Source: a virus (lineage: Duplodnaviria; Caudoviricetes). From it: DNA of 58,561 bases. The notes beneath the pieces are model-generated. The model was not told where the DNA came from. It searched no databases and worked only from the letters and a program-made list of their open reading frames with translations. The stretch lies in the IMG/VR virus record IMGVR_UViG_3300018429_000004, positions 1 through 58,561 of that record; one strand, written 5' to 3'. Shown piece by piece: positions 1 to 10,170 of the stretch (the first letter of the stretch is position 1; each line of letters starts with the position of its first letter). Position numbers and translations under genes: made by a program.

Positions 1-123
1 GCCTCTGTGATCTCAGTGACCCACGAGGGGAAGTCCTCCAGGGTATTGATCTGATGGGCAACGTAGGTGGGGAACGGATTCCAGACGAAGAGCGGCATAC
101 GGATTCCTTCCTAGATGGCGAAC
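1..123. repeat. Terminal overlap copy 1 (identical to 58439-58561); circular assembly
   Basis: The first 123 nt match the last 123 nt. The minus-strand gene at 58177-58536 lies across the overlap and continues the tail operon. Confidence 0.95.
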
Positions 124-542
124 GAGGCAGCGATGGACACGTTCGAGGGTGCGAAGTCCGGGTTGACGTTGATAGAGCCGTTCGTAGCGAACCAAAAGCG
201 TCCACCCGAAGTGGCAGCAGTGCTGCCTGCGACAGGCCACATGGTCAGAGCACCAGGACGAGCACCGGCCGGAAGGTCTGCAACGATCACGGTGGCGTCG
301 GCAGTGAAGTTGCCCGCAGGGTTCGGCTGCACCCGACCGCGTACGAGGACGATCTCCCCGATACGCCGGTACTGAGGTGTCTCGCCAGAGGTCTGGTAGC
401 CAGCCCGAGGCGGGATCGGCTGCCAACCGGTGTCGTAGTGCTGGCTGAGCGGATCGATAGTCGACGCGTGGTCGTCAACTGCCTCGTTAATCGCGGCCTG
501 GATCCCTGACCGAGACGGTACGTCTGACGGCTGCAGAGGCAT
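111..542 (-). CDS. Minor tail / fibre-tip protein
   Basis: 143 aa with YDTGWQ...YRRIGEIVLVRG...LPAGARP, a pattern typical of phage tail-fibre C-terminal modules; end of tail operon. Confidence 0.65.
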   Translation of the reverse strand: MPLQPSDVPSRSGIQAAINEAVDDHASTIDPLSQHYDTGWQPIPPRAGYQTSGETPQYRRIGEIVLVRGRVQPNPAGNFTADATVIVADLPAGARPGALTMWPVAGSTAATSGGRFWFATNGSINVNPDFAPSNVSIAASFAI

Positions 543-2912
543 CTACATGCCCTCCTCGATCTGAGCCACCGTGGTGGCTGTTGGTGTGCGGTCGAAGTCA
601 TCCCAGGTGTAGTCGTCCCAGAGCGCATCGAAGGTGGTCCAGGTACTGCTCGGGAGGGCGTTGGCCCATTCCTCGTCGAAGTCCTCCCAGGTGGACGGCA
701 TCAGCGTGAAGTCCAACTTCTGAGTGATGCTGCCTGGGGCCCCGGCCAGATCGATCTTCGTGACGATCGCGTTGGAGCGTACGCCTGTGCGGGTGTGCAC
801 GAGTTCCACCACGTCACCCAGATCCAGCCGGTAGTCGGGAACTGCATTCACCGTGGCCGCCTGCCAAGCGCGCTGGTTCACTCGGCCCCAGATGAAGTCC
901 GCCAGCGCGTTGGCGTCATCCTCGTTCTGGACGTAGTGACCTAGGTCAATCTCCAGCGCCGTTTTGGAATCGGCGGCAGCCACGCCACGCTCGATGGTGG
1001 CTTCCTGGGTCTGATCGTAGTACCACGATGACCGAATCTTGAGCCAGGGAGCCCCGGTGTTGTCGACCATGTGGAAGGGCAAGGCCGTCCGGTTGTCGAT
1101 GAACACCTTCCAGGTCGCCGAGGAGACTCGGTCGATGCGCAGACCGATCTCGGTGTTCGGGTCGATATGGTTGCCGGACCCGTTGCTGTACCGGTACGCA
1201 TCCCACACGTGGTAGAACCCGTTGTCGCTGTCCTTGCGATTGAAGGGCAGCAGCTTCAAGTCGGTCGGGTAGATGTAGTCCAAGGTGAAGAAAGCGTCGT
1301 TGCCGCCGGGCGACGCAATAATGGTGTCCTGGAACTCGTAGACAGTCGGGAAACCTGTCTGAGCGGGCTGAGCAACAACCTCCACCACCGGCCGGTACTT
1401 GATCACCAAGCGATCTGCCTGGTCGGACCAGTTCATCCGCCAAGGCAAGTCCTCAAAGCGCAGCCCCACGTCCACGACGCGCTCCTGCTGCAGGTTGTTC
1501 AGCCCTGCCAACGTGTTCCGGTTGAGGACCTTCAGATCGCCGTAGACATCCGTGATCAGCACCCCCTGCCAGGCTTCGACGAGGTTCTGCATCGTCGTCC
1601 AAACAGACAGGGTTGGATCCAGCCAAGGAGACGTGATGGTGCCGAGCAGGGGCTCCAAGTAAATACGCCCCTGATCCCCTCCGAGGGTGTTCAGCAACGC
1701 ATCTCGTACAGCAGCAGCATTGTCCGAGTGGCTCACCACGGAGAAGTTCGAGAGGACCGCCGGACCAGCACCGCCGGTTTCGAACACCTGCATTTCGAGG
1801 TTGTGCGCGTTCACCCGGGACAACTGGTTGGCCATAGCGTGGACGTAAGGACCGAACCAGAACCCGTCACGGCGACGTACGCGCACCGAAGCCGAGTTGA
1901 AGCCTGTGCCGCTGACCGGGTTGAGCGTCACCTCGACCTGAATGCGGTTCGGGATGTCGGGGTTTCGGGTGATATCCAACGGCCCGACGTTCGTGTTGGC
2001 ATTGCCTACTCCGTTAGATCCCGTGGAATAGATGACGAGGTTGACTTCGCTATCCCCGAGATCGGTCTCCACCTGAATGCCGAAGCGGCCGTTGGTGTCG
2101 ACGTCATTCCACTCGAAACCCGCCCAGCGATCGCTGATATCGAAGGTAACGCTGAACGCCGTGGGCACCCCACGCTGCACCTCATAGTTAACCGCGATGC
2201 TGATGTCAGCAGCCGTGCTAAGACCGGCATTGCCCTCCGACGAACCCCACGAGAGGCTGTTGTTGGTGCTGTACGAGACATTAAGGGGTTCGCGAGGGAC
2301 CAGCGAACCCTGAAGCGGGACATCCAGAATCGGAGCGTAACCATCCTGGCCAGGCGTAACGTTAGCCCCTGCCCGGAACCCCATCTGCTCAGCCAATTCC
2401 GCCAGGAGCCAGACAGGATCCTTGGCCTGGGCGTTGATCTCCTCCTGGGTGATGTCCGAGGACCACTGCTGGTCCAGCACGCCGGGGGTCTGGTCCTTGC
2501 CCTCGATAGTCCTCTCGTCCAGAGCCACCTGAACGCCCTGCGACGTCAGATTGCCGTCGATCTCTGCGGCCTGGAACTGGCCGGTGGGGATCTTGGTGCC
2601 GCCCTGTGGCGCCAGCAGAATCTGGGCGTTCTGGCCAGACAGTTCGTAGACCAGCGACTGCTTCCACGGGAAGTCGTTGGGCTGCCGCTTCACGAGGGCG
2701 TTGCCGGTGCCGATGGACAGGCCAGACTGGTGGCGTACCTGACCGGGCAGCGAGGCCGACTTAATCTCCCGCGTAGACGACCAACTGGACACGTACCAGC
2801 GCACGGTGTCCGTGACCGGGTCGTCGCCCTTGGTGACAGTGTCCAAGTGCGCCAGCGGGGTATCCTCAGCCCAGGCTCGTACCTGCCAGTCGTCCGGGAT
2901 CTCGATCACCAT
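543..2912 (-). CDS. Large minor tail protein
   Basis: 789 aa; two genes downstream of tape measure; C-terminal PDYRLDLGDVVEL tail-hub-like motif. Confidence 0.75.
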   Translation of the reverse strand: MVIEIPDDWQVRAWAEDTPLAHLDTVTKGDDPVTDTVRWYVSSWSSTREIKSASLPGQVRHQSGLSIGTGNALVKRQPNDFPWKQSLVYELSGQNAQILLAPQGGTKIPTGQFQAAEIDGNLTSQGVQVALDERTIEGKDQTPGVLDQQWSSDITQEEINAQAKDPVWLLAELAEQMGFRAGANVTPGQDGYAPILDVPLQGSLVPREPLNVSYSTNNSLSWGSSEGNAGLSTAADISIAVNYEVQRGVPTAFSVTFDISDRWAGFEWNDVDTNGRFGIQVETDLGDSEVNLVIYSTGSNGVGNANTNVGPLDITRNPDIPNRIQVEVTLNPVSGTGFNSASVRVRRRDGFWFGPYVHAMANQLSRVNAHNLEMQVFETGGAGPAVLSNFSVVSHSDNAAAVRDALLNTLGGDQGRIYLEPLLGTITSPWLDPTLSVWTTMQNLVEAWQGVLITDVYGDLKVLNRNTLAGLNNLQQERVVDVGLRFEDLPWRMNWSDQADRLVIKYRPVVEVVAQPAQTGFPTVYEFQDTIIASPGGNDAFFTLDYIYPTDLKLLPFNRKDSDNGFYHVWDAYRYSNGSGNHIDPNTEIGLRIDRVSSATWKVFIDNRTALPFHMVDNTGAPWLKIRSSWYYDQTQEATIERGVAAADSKTALEIDLGHYVQNEDDANALADFIWGRVNQRAWQAATVNAVPDYRLDLGDVVELVHTRTGVRSNAIVTKIDLAGAPGSITQKLDFTLMPSTWEDFDEEWANALPSSTWTTFDALWDDYTWDDFDRTPTATTVAQIEEGM

Positions 2913-3796
2913 CAGGTCTCCTCAAACGGCGTGACAGCGTCCACGCCAACTTCCTGGAGCACAAAGGTCGAGGACTCACGAGGCAGTGCGCAAGGGTCGC
3001 AGTTCTGCCGGGGGAAGATCGGATTGATCGCCAGCGCGGGATCCTGCACGGAAATCGAGCAGGGCGTCCGACGTCCAGCCCGGTAGGACGCCGGAGCACA
3101 GTCGCCCTCGTAGACCATCAGACCAGCGGTGAACCCGACCGTTGTCCGTACATCGACCGTGCCGTCTGCGACAGGAGTGAACACCACAGTCGCCTGGTGG
3201 GGGTTGGCCACAGTCGAGCCGTTCAGCCCATTCGCGACTCCCGCAGCCGCGCCAGTCACCTGCACCGCTACCACCCCGGTACCCAGAGTCGTCCAGGCAG
3301 TAGCCGTGTAGGTGACTCCGGCCCGGACCGGGATGGAGACGATCCGATATCCCAGGACCCCGTCACCGTCGTAGGTCGGCAGCCAGATCGGCTGCCCCTC
3401 GGATTCGCCCACGTTGTACACCAACGGCCCCGACGTCACGTTCAGGTTCCGCCACAGCGAGAGCAAGTCCGGCGGGACCATGTTCACCTTGGCGTCGTTG
3501 GTATCGAGGAACAGCGTCCGCATCGAGGGATCGTTGAAGTTGTAGTCGTACGCCGCCGACTCCAACGCAGCCGTGGCTGCCGCCGTGGCGCGATCGTAGG
3601 CCAAATTCCAGGTTCGGGGACCGCGAGGCGCGCGCTGCACGTAGCGGTGCCCGTCCACCGTGACCAATTCGCTGAAGTCGCGGTTGGACACAACGTCGTT
3701 CTCGGGCTGAATACCTTCCAGGTGGACCCAATGGCCGTGCAGGCGCAGCCAGTACGGCGAGTAGGTCTCCTGGATCTCGGGTGCGAGCACGCTCAT
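2912..3796 (-). CDS. Minor tail protein (distal-tail position)
   Basis: Likely start MSVLAPE (ATG 3796) after a GAGGAG RBS; immediately follows tape measure. Confidence 0.7.
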   Translation of the reverse strand: MSVLAPEIQETYSPYWLRLHGHWVHLEGIQPENDVVSNRDFSELVTVDGHRYVQRAPRGPRTWNLAYDRATAAATAALESAAYDYNFNDPSMRTLFLDTNDAKVNMVPPDLLSLWRNLNVTSGPLVYNVGESEGQPIWLPTYDGDGVLGYRIVSIPVRAGVTYTATAWTTLGTGVVAVQVTGAAAGVANGLNGSTVANPHQATVVFTPVADGTVDVRTTVGFTAGLMVYEGDCAPASYRAGRRTPCSISVQDPALAINPIFPRQNCDPCALPRESSTFVLQEVGVDAVTPFEET

Positions 3797-3806
3797 CGTC
3801 GTCTCC

Positions 3807-6800
3807 TCACGCCAGCGCTTCGGCGTACTTCTGACCGTCGAGCCACAGTTCCGCCTTGGCGCGGCGATCCATCCCGGGCGTGACGATGATCTGGATGCTG
3901 TTGAGCAGGCGAGCCAGCGCCTGGATGTCCAGTCCTGCACCGCCGTTGCCCTGCCCGAAGTTGGCGTCCACCATTTCCTGGAACGCCCTGGTCTGCGCCG
4001 GGGAGAGCACGCGCTCAGGCTCCAGCGTGGCCTTGTGCATGATGCCCCTGCCGTTGGCCACGCCCCCGGAGTCGAAGATGAAGTCCAGGATGCTGAACTT
4101 CTTGCGCATCCCGCTGAGCACGTCCTTGGAGATGCTGGCGAAGAACGAGCGAGAGTTCAGGAACCCCGACGTCCCCAGCTTGTCGAGGAAGTCCTTCGGG
4201 TTCGGCAGCGAGAAGCCCTTGTGCGGCGCCACCGAGTCGGCTCCGGCAAGCCACGCGGCAGTACCCGCCTGGGTCCCCGGCGGCCGCACCTCGAAGTGGA
4301 GGTGGGGGCCGGTGCTGTTACCAGTGGAGCCGGACAGACCGATGATCTGTCCCGCCGTGACCTGCTGGCCCACACGAGCCAGCGTGCTGGAGAGGTGGGC
4401 GTAGATCGTCTCGACACCCTCACCCTTGATCCGCACGTGCTTGCCGTAGGAGTACGTCAGGTGGCGTACGGCGGTGACCAGGCCGTTGATGGCCGACATC
4501 ACCCGGGTGCCGCTCGACACCGGGAAGTCGACGCCCGTGTGACCCGCGTAGCCTCGGCCCATCGTCCGGCTCTGAACCGGGTAGACCCGGCCGCCGCGTG
4601 CATAGCCCTCGTCACGAGCACGGCGAGCGGCGCGACGGAAGGCCTTACCGCCCTCCGGCCACTGGCCAGTGTTGTTCATGTAGTCGAGCGCGCCCGGCTG
4701 CGTCTTCTCCAGCCGACGACGAGCCGCCTTGCTCATCACGAACTCATCGGCGTGGACAGCACCGGCCACCTTGTACTTGCCGCCAGGACCCGTCCAGCCG
4801 CCGCCCGCGAAGCCGGGGATCCTGCCGGAGTAGTCCGGCACGCCGGGGATCTTGCCGATTGCCCGCAGGAACGGCACCAGGGCCTTGTTGCGTACGTCGC
4901 GGAGCGGATCACGGATGGCCGCACCTACGCCGCTCCAGGCCCGCGCGATGGCATCCTTCGCCGAGCGGAAGGAAGCCGGGATCTTACCGACCGCGTCGCG
5001 GACGTTCCGGAAAATCCCCTGGATCCGATCAGCCCGGGACCGGATCGAGCCGACCAGGCTCTCCCAGATCTCCCGGCTGCGATCCCGGAGGTTTCCGAAG
5101 GCGTTCTTCGCGTCGGTGGCCATCTTCTGCACGCGCTTCACTGTGGATGTGATCAGCGCGTGGAACGGGTTGAAGAACTTGGACAGGTTCAGGCCCTGCT
5201 TCCATGCCTTAGACCAGTCACCACGCAGGAGCGCAGAGGCGAACTTCACCATCGAGGTGATGATCTTAATGACCCGGCCGAGCGAGCGGAAGAAGATCTC
5301 GATCTGAGCCGCGACGACCGGTCCGAAGGCCTTCAGCAGCGCCTTGGCGATCGGTCCAAGATCCTTGCCGAGTTCACCGAGAGCCTTCATCAGGTCTTCG
5401 AGCAGCGGCTTCATCTCCTTGAGCCCCTGGTCGATGACCGGCTTGATCGCCTTGAAGAATCCCTCGAAGCCTTCCCGCAGCGGCTTGCTCTTGTCGGCCA
5501 GCGAGCCGAAAGCAAGCGCCAACGCGGCGATCACGCCGACGGGCCCACCGACCACGAAGGCCGCGACTCCGGCGAGCACAGGCAGCAGAATCGGTGCCAG
5601 CGGCTGGATGGCCTTGAGGAACTTGGCGAAGGAGTCGACGACCCCGGCGACCACAGGACCGAGCACCTCGAAAGCCTTACCGAGGTCTTCACCGACCGTC
5701 TTCAGGATCGGGAACAGGGCCTTGCGGAAGGCATCGAGTGAGGGGGAGATGTCCTCGAAAGCCTTGCCGAGCCCAGACAGCACCGGCCCGAAGACAGCCA
5801 CCAGGTCGTCGAACCCGTCAGACATCACACCGATAGCCTGAGAGACCTTGTTGATCTTGCCGTCATCGAGACTGGCCGTCCAGCGCTCGAAGGCCTCGCC
5901 GATCTCGGAGAACTTGTCAGCCATGTCGCCAGCGGAAGGCAGGAGGGCGTTGAAGAGTTGCAGGAACCCCTTACCGAAGGCCTGAAGCCCCGGACGCAGC
6001 CGCTCGAAGACGTCAGCGACCCGGTCCATGATCGTGCTGATCAGTTCGATGCCCGGCGCGCTGCCCGCCCAGTCGGCGAAGGCGTCGATGATCTTGCCAA
6101 TGCTGCCGCCGATCTTCTCCATCCCAGGCTGCAGGCCTCGGGTGATGGTCTTGCTGAGCTTCTCGAAGGAATCCCCGACCTGGCTGAAGATGCTCTCCTG
6201 CACAGCATCACGCAGAGCGCCCCACTCGTCGCTGAGGCTACGGATGGACTCAGCGGTCTCGCGCGCCGACGGTGTCAGCCCGTTGAGGGCGTCACCGCCG
6301 CTCTTGACCGCCTCGAAGAAGCCCTTCATACCGATCACCGCGACACCCGCCGCGATGCCCACAGCGCCAAGGACGCCAGCCATGGCACCCAGCGCGGCAG
6401 CCAGACCAGCCAGGAGAGGACCGATCGGCGTCACGGCGACGGTGAGCCCGGAGAAGAGCGCAGTCAGCTTCAGGATCGCAGCCTGCGGGTCGGAGAAGAC
6501 CTGGGACTTGAACGACTGCCCGAAGCCGCCGCTGAAGGAATCGCCCGAGTCCTTCCCGGCACGGCGGAAGATCCCAGCAAGGCGAGCGAAGGCTGACTTT
6601 TTCGGTTCCTCTACCTGGGTCTCAACCTCGATGACCATGTCGAGGCGCTGGACCAGCGCCCGGAGGCGCGCAGTCTCCCGCATGAACTCCGGGGTGTTCA
6701 CCTCGGGGTCGAGCAGGACGGTCAGGTCCCGCTTGGCCAACTCGGTCTGGGCCTTCTTCAGTTCGCTGGTGAGGACGCTCTTCCGAATCTCAGGGTCAAT

Positions 6801-6923
6801 CCTGAGATTCGGAAGATTCCGCTCGGCGCGGCGGACCGCGCTGGTCGCGCCCGTACGCAGGCGCTCAGCCAGACCGTCGAGGTCGGCGTTGACATCGAAC
6901 TCGATATCCCCGATGTTGACCAT
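3807..6923 (-). CDS. Tape measure protein with C-terminal M23 peptidase domain
   Basis: 1038 aa, Ala/Gly-rich and helical; C-terminal GHTGVDF...YAHL...STGPHLHFEV M23 motifs; follows the tail chaperones. Confidence 0.92.
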   Translation of the reverse strand: MVNIGDIEFDVNADLDGLAERLRTGATSAVRRAERNLPNLRIDPEIRKSVLTSELKKAQTELAKRDLTVLLDPEVNTPEFMRETARLRALVQRLDMVIEVETQVEEPKKSAFARLAGIFRRAGKDSGDSFSGGFGQSFKSQVFSDPQAAILKLTALFSGLTVAVTPIGPLLAGLAAALGAMAGVLGAVGIAAGVAVIGMKGFFEAVKSGGDALNGLTPSARETAESIRSLSDEWGALRDAVQESIFSQVGDSFEKLSKTITRGLQPGMEKIGGSIGKIIDAFADWAGSAPGIELISTIMDRVADVFERLRPGLQAFGKGFLQLFNALLPSAGDMADKFSEIGEAFERWTASLDDGKINKVSQAIGVMSDGFDDLVAVFGPVLSGLGKAFEDISPSLDAFRKALFPILKTVGEDLGKAFEVLGPVVAGVVDSFAKFLKAIQPLAPILLPVLAGVAAFVVGGPVGVIAALALAFGSLADKSKPLREGFEGFFKAIKPVIDQGLKEMKPLLEDLMKALGELGKDLGPIAKALLKAFGPVVAAQIEIFFRSLGRVIKIITSMVKFASALLRGDWSKAWKQGLNLSKFFNPFHALITSTVKRVQKMATDAKNAFGNLRDRSREIWESLVGSIRSRADRIQGIFRNVRDAVGKIPASFRSAKDAIARAWSGVGAAIRDPLRDVRNKALVPFLRAIGKIPGVPDYSGRIPGFAGGGWTGPGGKYKVAGAVHADEFVMSKAARRRLEKTQPGALDYMNNTGQWPEGGKAFRRAARRARDEGYARGGRVYPVQSRTMGRGYAGHTGVDFPVSSGTRVMSAINGLVTAVRHLTYSYGKHVRIKGEGVETIYAHLSSTLARVGQQVTAGQIIGLSGSTGNSTGPHLHFEVRPPGTQAGTAAWLAGADSVAPHKGFSLPNPKDFLDKLGTSGFLNSRSFFASISKDVLSGMRKKFSILDFIFDSGGVANGRGIMHKATLEPERVLSPAQTRAFQEMVDANFGQGNGGAGLDIQALARLLNSIQIIVTPGMDRRAKAELWLDGQKYAEALA

Positions 6924-7216
6924 CAGCCACCTGCCATGCTGGCGAAGGCCGCCAGCGAGGCCTTAGTGGCCTCATCGGACCAAGGAGAGTTCTGCAGAGC
7001 CGCAGGCTTCGCGGCCTTCGGCGGGAGCCACAACTGGGCGTCCAACTTCTCCACGTCTTCCTCCTTGGCGTCCTTGGTGAGCCAGTAGTACGTCAGGTCG
7101 AGCAGTGCATCCAGGGGAAGTTCGATGATGTCGATCCCTTGCGAGACCGCCCATCCGTTGAACCTCGTCCAGTGGTGGTCGATCGTGCCGACCAACCGCT
7201 GGACTACAAAATAGGG
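6923..7216 (-). CDS. Tail assembly chaperone, -1 frameshift extension
   Basis: The ORF is open in the -1 frame back to CCC TAT TTT at the end of the upstream chaperone; classic G/GT arrangement. Confidence 0.75.
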   Translation of the reverse strand, partial: PYFVVQRLVGTIDHHWTRFNGWAVSQGIDIIELPLDALLDLTYYWLTKDAKEEDVEKLDAQLWLPPKAAKPAALQNSPWSDEATKASLAAFASMAGG

Positions 7217-7512
7217 CGGTCGTTCGCCGCCTGCTCGACCAGGAAGTCGATGATCTCCTCGAACTCGGAGAGGTCGAAGTCGTCCTTCGGGTCCTTCAGA
7301 CGGTCGGCGATGGTGGCGTACTGGTCGTCATCAAGCCCCTCGCGGAGCCAGTCGAGACCTGCACGAACTACGGACATGTCATCCGCCCCGCCTTCCAGCA
7401 GGGGCATGACCATGGCCGCCGACTTCGGCGGCCGGAAGGTGTACTTGACCTCATCGAGTTCGAACTCGATGGCGGTGCGCGCTTTCGCGGCGGTCTTGAA
7501 CTTCTTCGGCAT
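7204..7512 (-). CDS. Tail assembly chaperone
   Basis: 102 aa acidic protein ending ...NDRPIL, upstream of tape measure. Confidence 0.8.
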   Translation of the reverse strand: MPKKFKTAAKARTAIEFELDEVKYTFRPPKSAAMVMPLLEGGADDMSVVRAGLDWLREGLDDDQYATIADRLKDPKDDFDLSEFEEIIDFLVEQAANDRPIL

Positions 7513-7521
7513 GGGATCAAT

Positions 7522-8028
7522 CTACCCGAGGACAGCGCCTCTGACCTCTACGTCCCTGAGCGCCTTCTGCATGTAGCGGATCGCTTTGGTGCCCGGATGA
7601 TTGACGTGGCCCTTGTAGGTGACGATCGTGTTGCCGAAATTAATGGTTCGGTAGCCGCCGCTCGGACTGGCCTGGGCGGCGCTTGGCCGTCGGACAACGA
7701 CCCTCTTTCGCAACTTTCGGCTGTTGAAGACCAGTGCCGGACTGGCCTGGATCACATGCGGCTTCGACCCGAACTCGTAGATGTTCGCGAGCCGCCCGGT
7801 CGCAACGACTCGGTACTGGATCCCCTGACCGCGCAGGGCGCCAGCACGGCGGACCTGGATCTTGAGGTCGCTTGGGATTTTGTAGTGCCGGTGGATCCCC
7901 TGGTGCCGCAGGTGATAGCGCGCTCGGTCGGCCGCCTCCTCGGCGACCCTCTCGACGTAACGGTCAAGATCTCCACCCGGAGCGGCCAATTGCCGGACCG
8001 CCCGGGCGGAGATCGTGACTCGTGCCAT
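7522..8028 (-). CDS. Neck / tail-completion protein (HK97 gp10-like)
   Basis: Start MARVTISAR; basic; IYEFGSKPHVI and VNHPGTKA motifs. Confidence 0.65.
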   Translation of the reverse strand: MARVTISARAVRQLAAPGGDLDRYVERVAEEAADRARYHLRHQGIHRHYKIPSDLKIQVRRAGALRGQGIQYRVVATGRLANIYEFGSKPHVIQASPALVFNSRKLRKRVVVRRPSAAQASPSGGYRTINFGNTIVTYKGHVNHPGTKAIRYMQKALRDVEVRGAVLG

Positions 8029-8744
8029 CAGGACGCGATGGGGGCAGGCATCGCCTGGCAGCCGCACACCGACGGCGGCGGAGCCACCCCGGTGAGGGTG
8101 GTGAGGAAGTGCCGGTCCGTGGCGATGCCCGGAGGGGGCAGCGGGGCCGGGTTGTCGTCGGCGTCGAGCATGACCTCGTAGGGCCCCTGGCCCCAACCGA
8201 TCGCCTTGTTGGTGAAGGCCCCCGTGATGGTGAAGTTGGACTCGCCGTCACCGACAACCTCGAAGTCGCCGAGGACGCCACCCTGCAGGCAGGGGAGCAG
8301 GAAGTAGCCGGAGCCTTCCTCCGCACCGGGAGTGAGGCAGGCCTCCTCCTCGCTACCGAGGCCGGTCCACAGTTCGAACGCGAACCGCTTCTCCAGATTG
8401 CCCTCACCGATGGTGAAGCCCGTGGTGTCGCCGTTGTAGTCGAGGAACGGCTCAGCGTTGGACATCATCTCGTAGAGGTCGGGATCCACCCGGCAGAACT
8501 CGACCTCAACCGTCATCCGGCTGAACGAGTCGGGGGTACGGACCGAGTAGCACGTGGTGCCATCGGCCTTGACGGGGGCAATCTCGTTGCCCTCCGTGGT
8601 CTCGGTGGACAGCGAGACGCGGATGAAGCCGTCACTGACGACGAGGCCGCACTCGGTGCCCGCAGGGCCCGGGTTGCAACAGTTGTCGAGCCGGGTCACC
8701 CGGATCTTCTTCCCCAGGACCGGGGCGAAACAGGTCGTAGGCAT
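8028..8744 (-). CDS. Major tail protein
   Basis: 238 aa; GKKIRVTRLDNC...GF..V...EG.EI...ADG pattern and FAFELW, as in actinophage tail tube proteins. Confidence 0.8.
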   Translation of the reverse strand: MPTTCFAPVLGKKIRVTRLDNCCNPGPAGTECGLVVSDGFIRVSLSTETTEGNEIAPVKADGTTCYSVRTPDSFSRMTVEVEFCRVDPDLYEMMSNAEPFLDYNGDTTGFTIGEGNLEKRFAFELWTGLGSEEEACLTPGAEEGSGYFLLPCLQGGVLGDFEVVGDGESNFTITGAFTNKAIGWGQGPYEVMLDADDNPAPLPPPGIATDRHFLTTLTGVAPPPSVCGCQAMPAPIAS

Positions 8745-8834
8745 TGGGAGGAGTTCCTCTCTTTCAGATATAGCGCGCTGGTCTCATGGTCGCTGACGAG
8801 TCGGCCAACGCGCCAACACCCTCAGGAGGGTCTG

Positions 8835-9083
8835 TCAGTGGACTTGCGTGTGCGGCAGGTCGGTCCGAGCCTGGCGGACGAAGCAGTCCTTCGCCTCCAG
8901 CAACTTGCGCATCCCGGCGGACTTCTCCGGACCAGCGCCGAGGTGCTCGTACATGGCCTCGGCCAGCCGGTAGACTTGCTCCGAGACAACCTGCATCTCG
9001 GGCGGAAGGTGCTGGTACTCGAACCAGCGCAGCGCCAACTCCTTGTCGTTCCAGACCTGGGGCTCGGGCATGCTCTCAGTCAC
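8835..9083 (-). CDS. Conserved small helical phage protein
   Basis: 82 aa; WFEYQHLP...GPEKSAGMRKLLEAKDCFVR, a motif I recall from many phage proteins. Confidence 0.7.
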   Translation of the reverse strand: MTESMPEPQVWNDKELALRWFEYQHLPPEMQVVSEQVYRLAEAMYEHLGAGPEKSAGMRKLLEAKDCFVRQARTDLPHTQVH

Positions 9084-9799
9084 TTGATCTCTCCTTCGGT
9101 GAAGCGGTACATGATCTGCAGACCCTCGGGACCGAGGGACTTGGGGTCGGGCGTGGTCAACCGTCCGGTGCCGCCGTGCTTGGCCTCGTACGCCTTCCAG
9201 GTAGCCAGCGTGGCGCGGTCCACCCAGCCATTGACGTCCAGGCTGGCCCCGGCCTTCGCGTTGAGCGCGTTCTGGATGGCAGCGATGCCGTGGTAGCGCT
9301 TGCGCGCTCCCTCGCGTACGCCAGCAGCGATCTGGAACTGCTCCTGGACCTTGGCCAGGTCGCTGACCGTGTCCGGGTTCCAGCGCCAGCCCTCAGGCTT
9401 CAGCCACCGGCTGGTGTCCTTCCAGAGGCTGGGGTCCTCACGCACGGAAACGTGAACGTGCCCGGTGTGCGGGTTCGCACCGAGATACCTCCGGGCCACC
9501 CAGCCATACGTACGAGACCAGATGATCCCGTTGCTGATGACGTACCAGACCCGGTGGTCGCCCTTGGCTGCCTCGATCACCTGCAGGCGGATGTCACGGG
9601 TCGGGTCGTTGTCATCCACGTCGATGTCGATGGCACGCACCGCTCCGCCGTGGTTGTAGTCCGGGTTGTGGCTGGACGGTCGAGCAGCATGGCTCGGGTC
9701 ACCGATCCAGCCGTCGCTGTCCTTGTCGCGCTTCGGGAACCGCGCGTTGATCTCGTTGCGCAGCGCAACGAGGCTAGGGACGAGGTAGAAGAAACTCAC
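9080..9799 (-). CDS. Endolysin (Zn-peptidase-like N-terminus plus putative peptidoglycan-binding C-terminus)
   Basis: GWIGD..H..R.S.HNP...AIDID and YLGANPHTGHVHVS motifs; adjacent to holin. Confidence 0.8.
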   Translation of the reverse strand: MSFFYLVPSLVALRNEINARFPKRDKDSDGWIGDPSHAARPSSHNPDYNHGGAVRAIDIDVDDNDPTRDIRLQVIEAAKGDHRVWYVISNGIIWSRTYGWVARRYLGANPHTGHVHVSVREDPSLWKDTSRWLKPEGWRWNPDTVSDLAKVQEQFQIAAGVREGARKRYHGIAAIQNALNAKAGASLDVNGWVDRATLATWKAYEAKHGGTGRLTTPDPKSLGPEGLQIMYRFTEGEIK

Positions 9800-10158
9800 T
9801 TGTCCTCCTCGGCCACAGTCGGATCGTCGACCTCCTCGCCGACCAGTTCGTCAGCGTTGACGTCTTCGGGCTGTGCTTCCACCTCAGGGGTGGTCTCCTC
9901 TGCGGGGTTACTCATCAGGGTCTCCTTCGGTGCGATGGGCATGCCCTTGGCATCCGTACCAGTCACGTTGTGCTGGGCCGTGAACCCAAGGTACACACCA
10001 GCGAAGGACGTGATCAGCACGGAGATGCTGTACTCGGCCGGGATCGGGCCGGGGGTGGCGGCGTAGTAGACGCCGAAGGCCCCGATGACGCCAGAGGCCG
10101 CCCACCAGACTCCGTAGAGGCACTCACGGATCTTGGGGTACTTGTTCAGAGGGTTCAT
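9796..10158 (-). CDS. Holin
   Basis: 120 aa; two hydrophobic segments and an acidic tail; overlaps the endolysin start. Confidence 0.7.
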   Translation of the reverse strand: MNPLNKYPKIRECLYGVWWAASGVIGAFGVYYAATPGPIPAEYSISVLITSFAGVYLGFTAQHNVTGTDAKGMPIAPKETLMSNPAEETTPEVEAQPEDVNADELVGEEVDDPTVAEEDK

Positions 10159-10170
10159 GCGGTGCTCCGA

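Noticed and set aside
1-123. Biological direct terminal repeat
   Set aside because: It falls mid-gene in the tail operon and is better explained as circular assembly overlap; true termini need read data.
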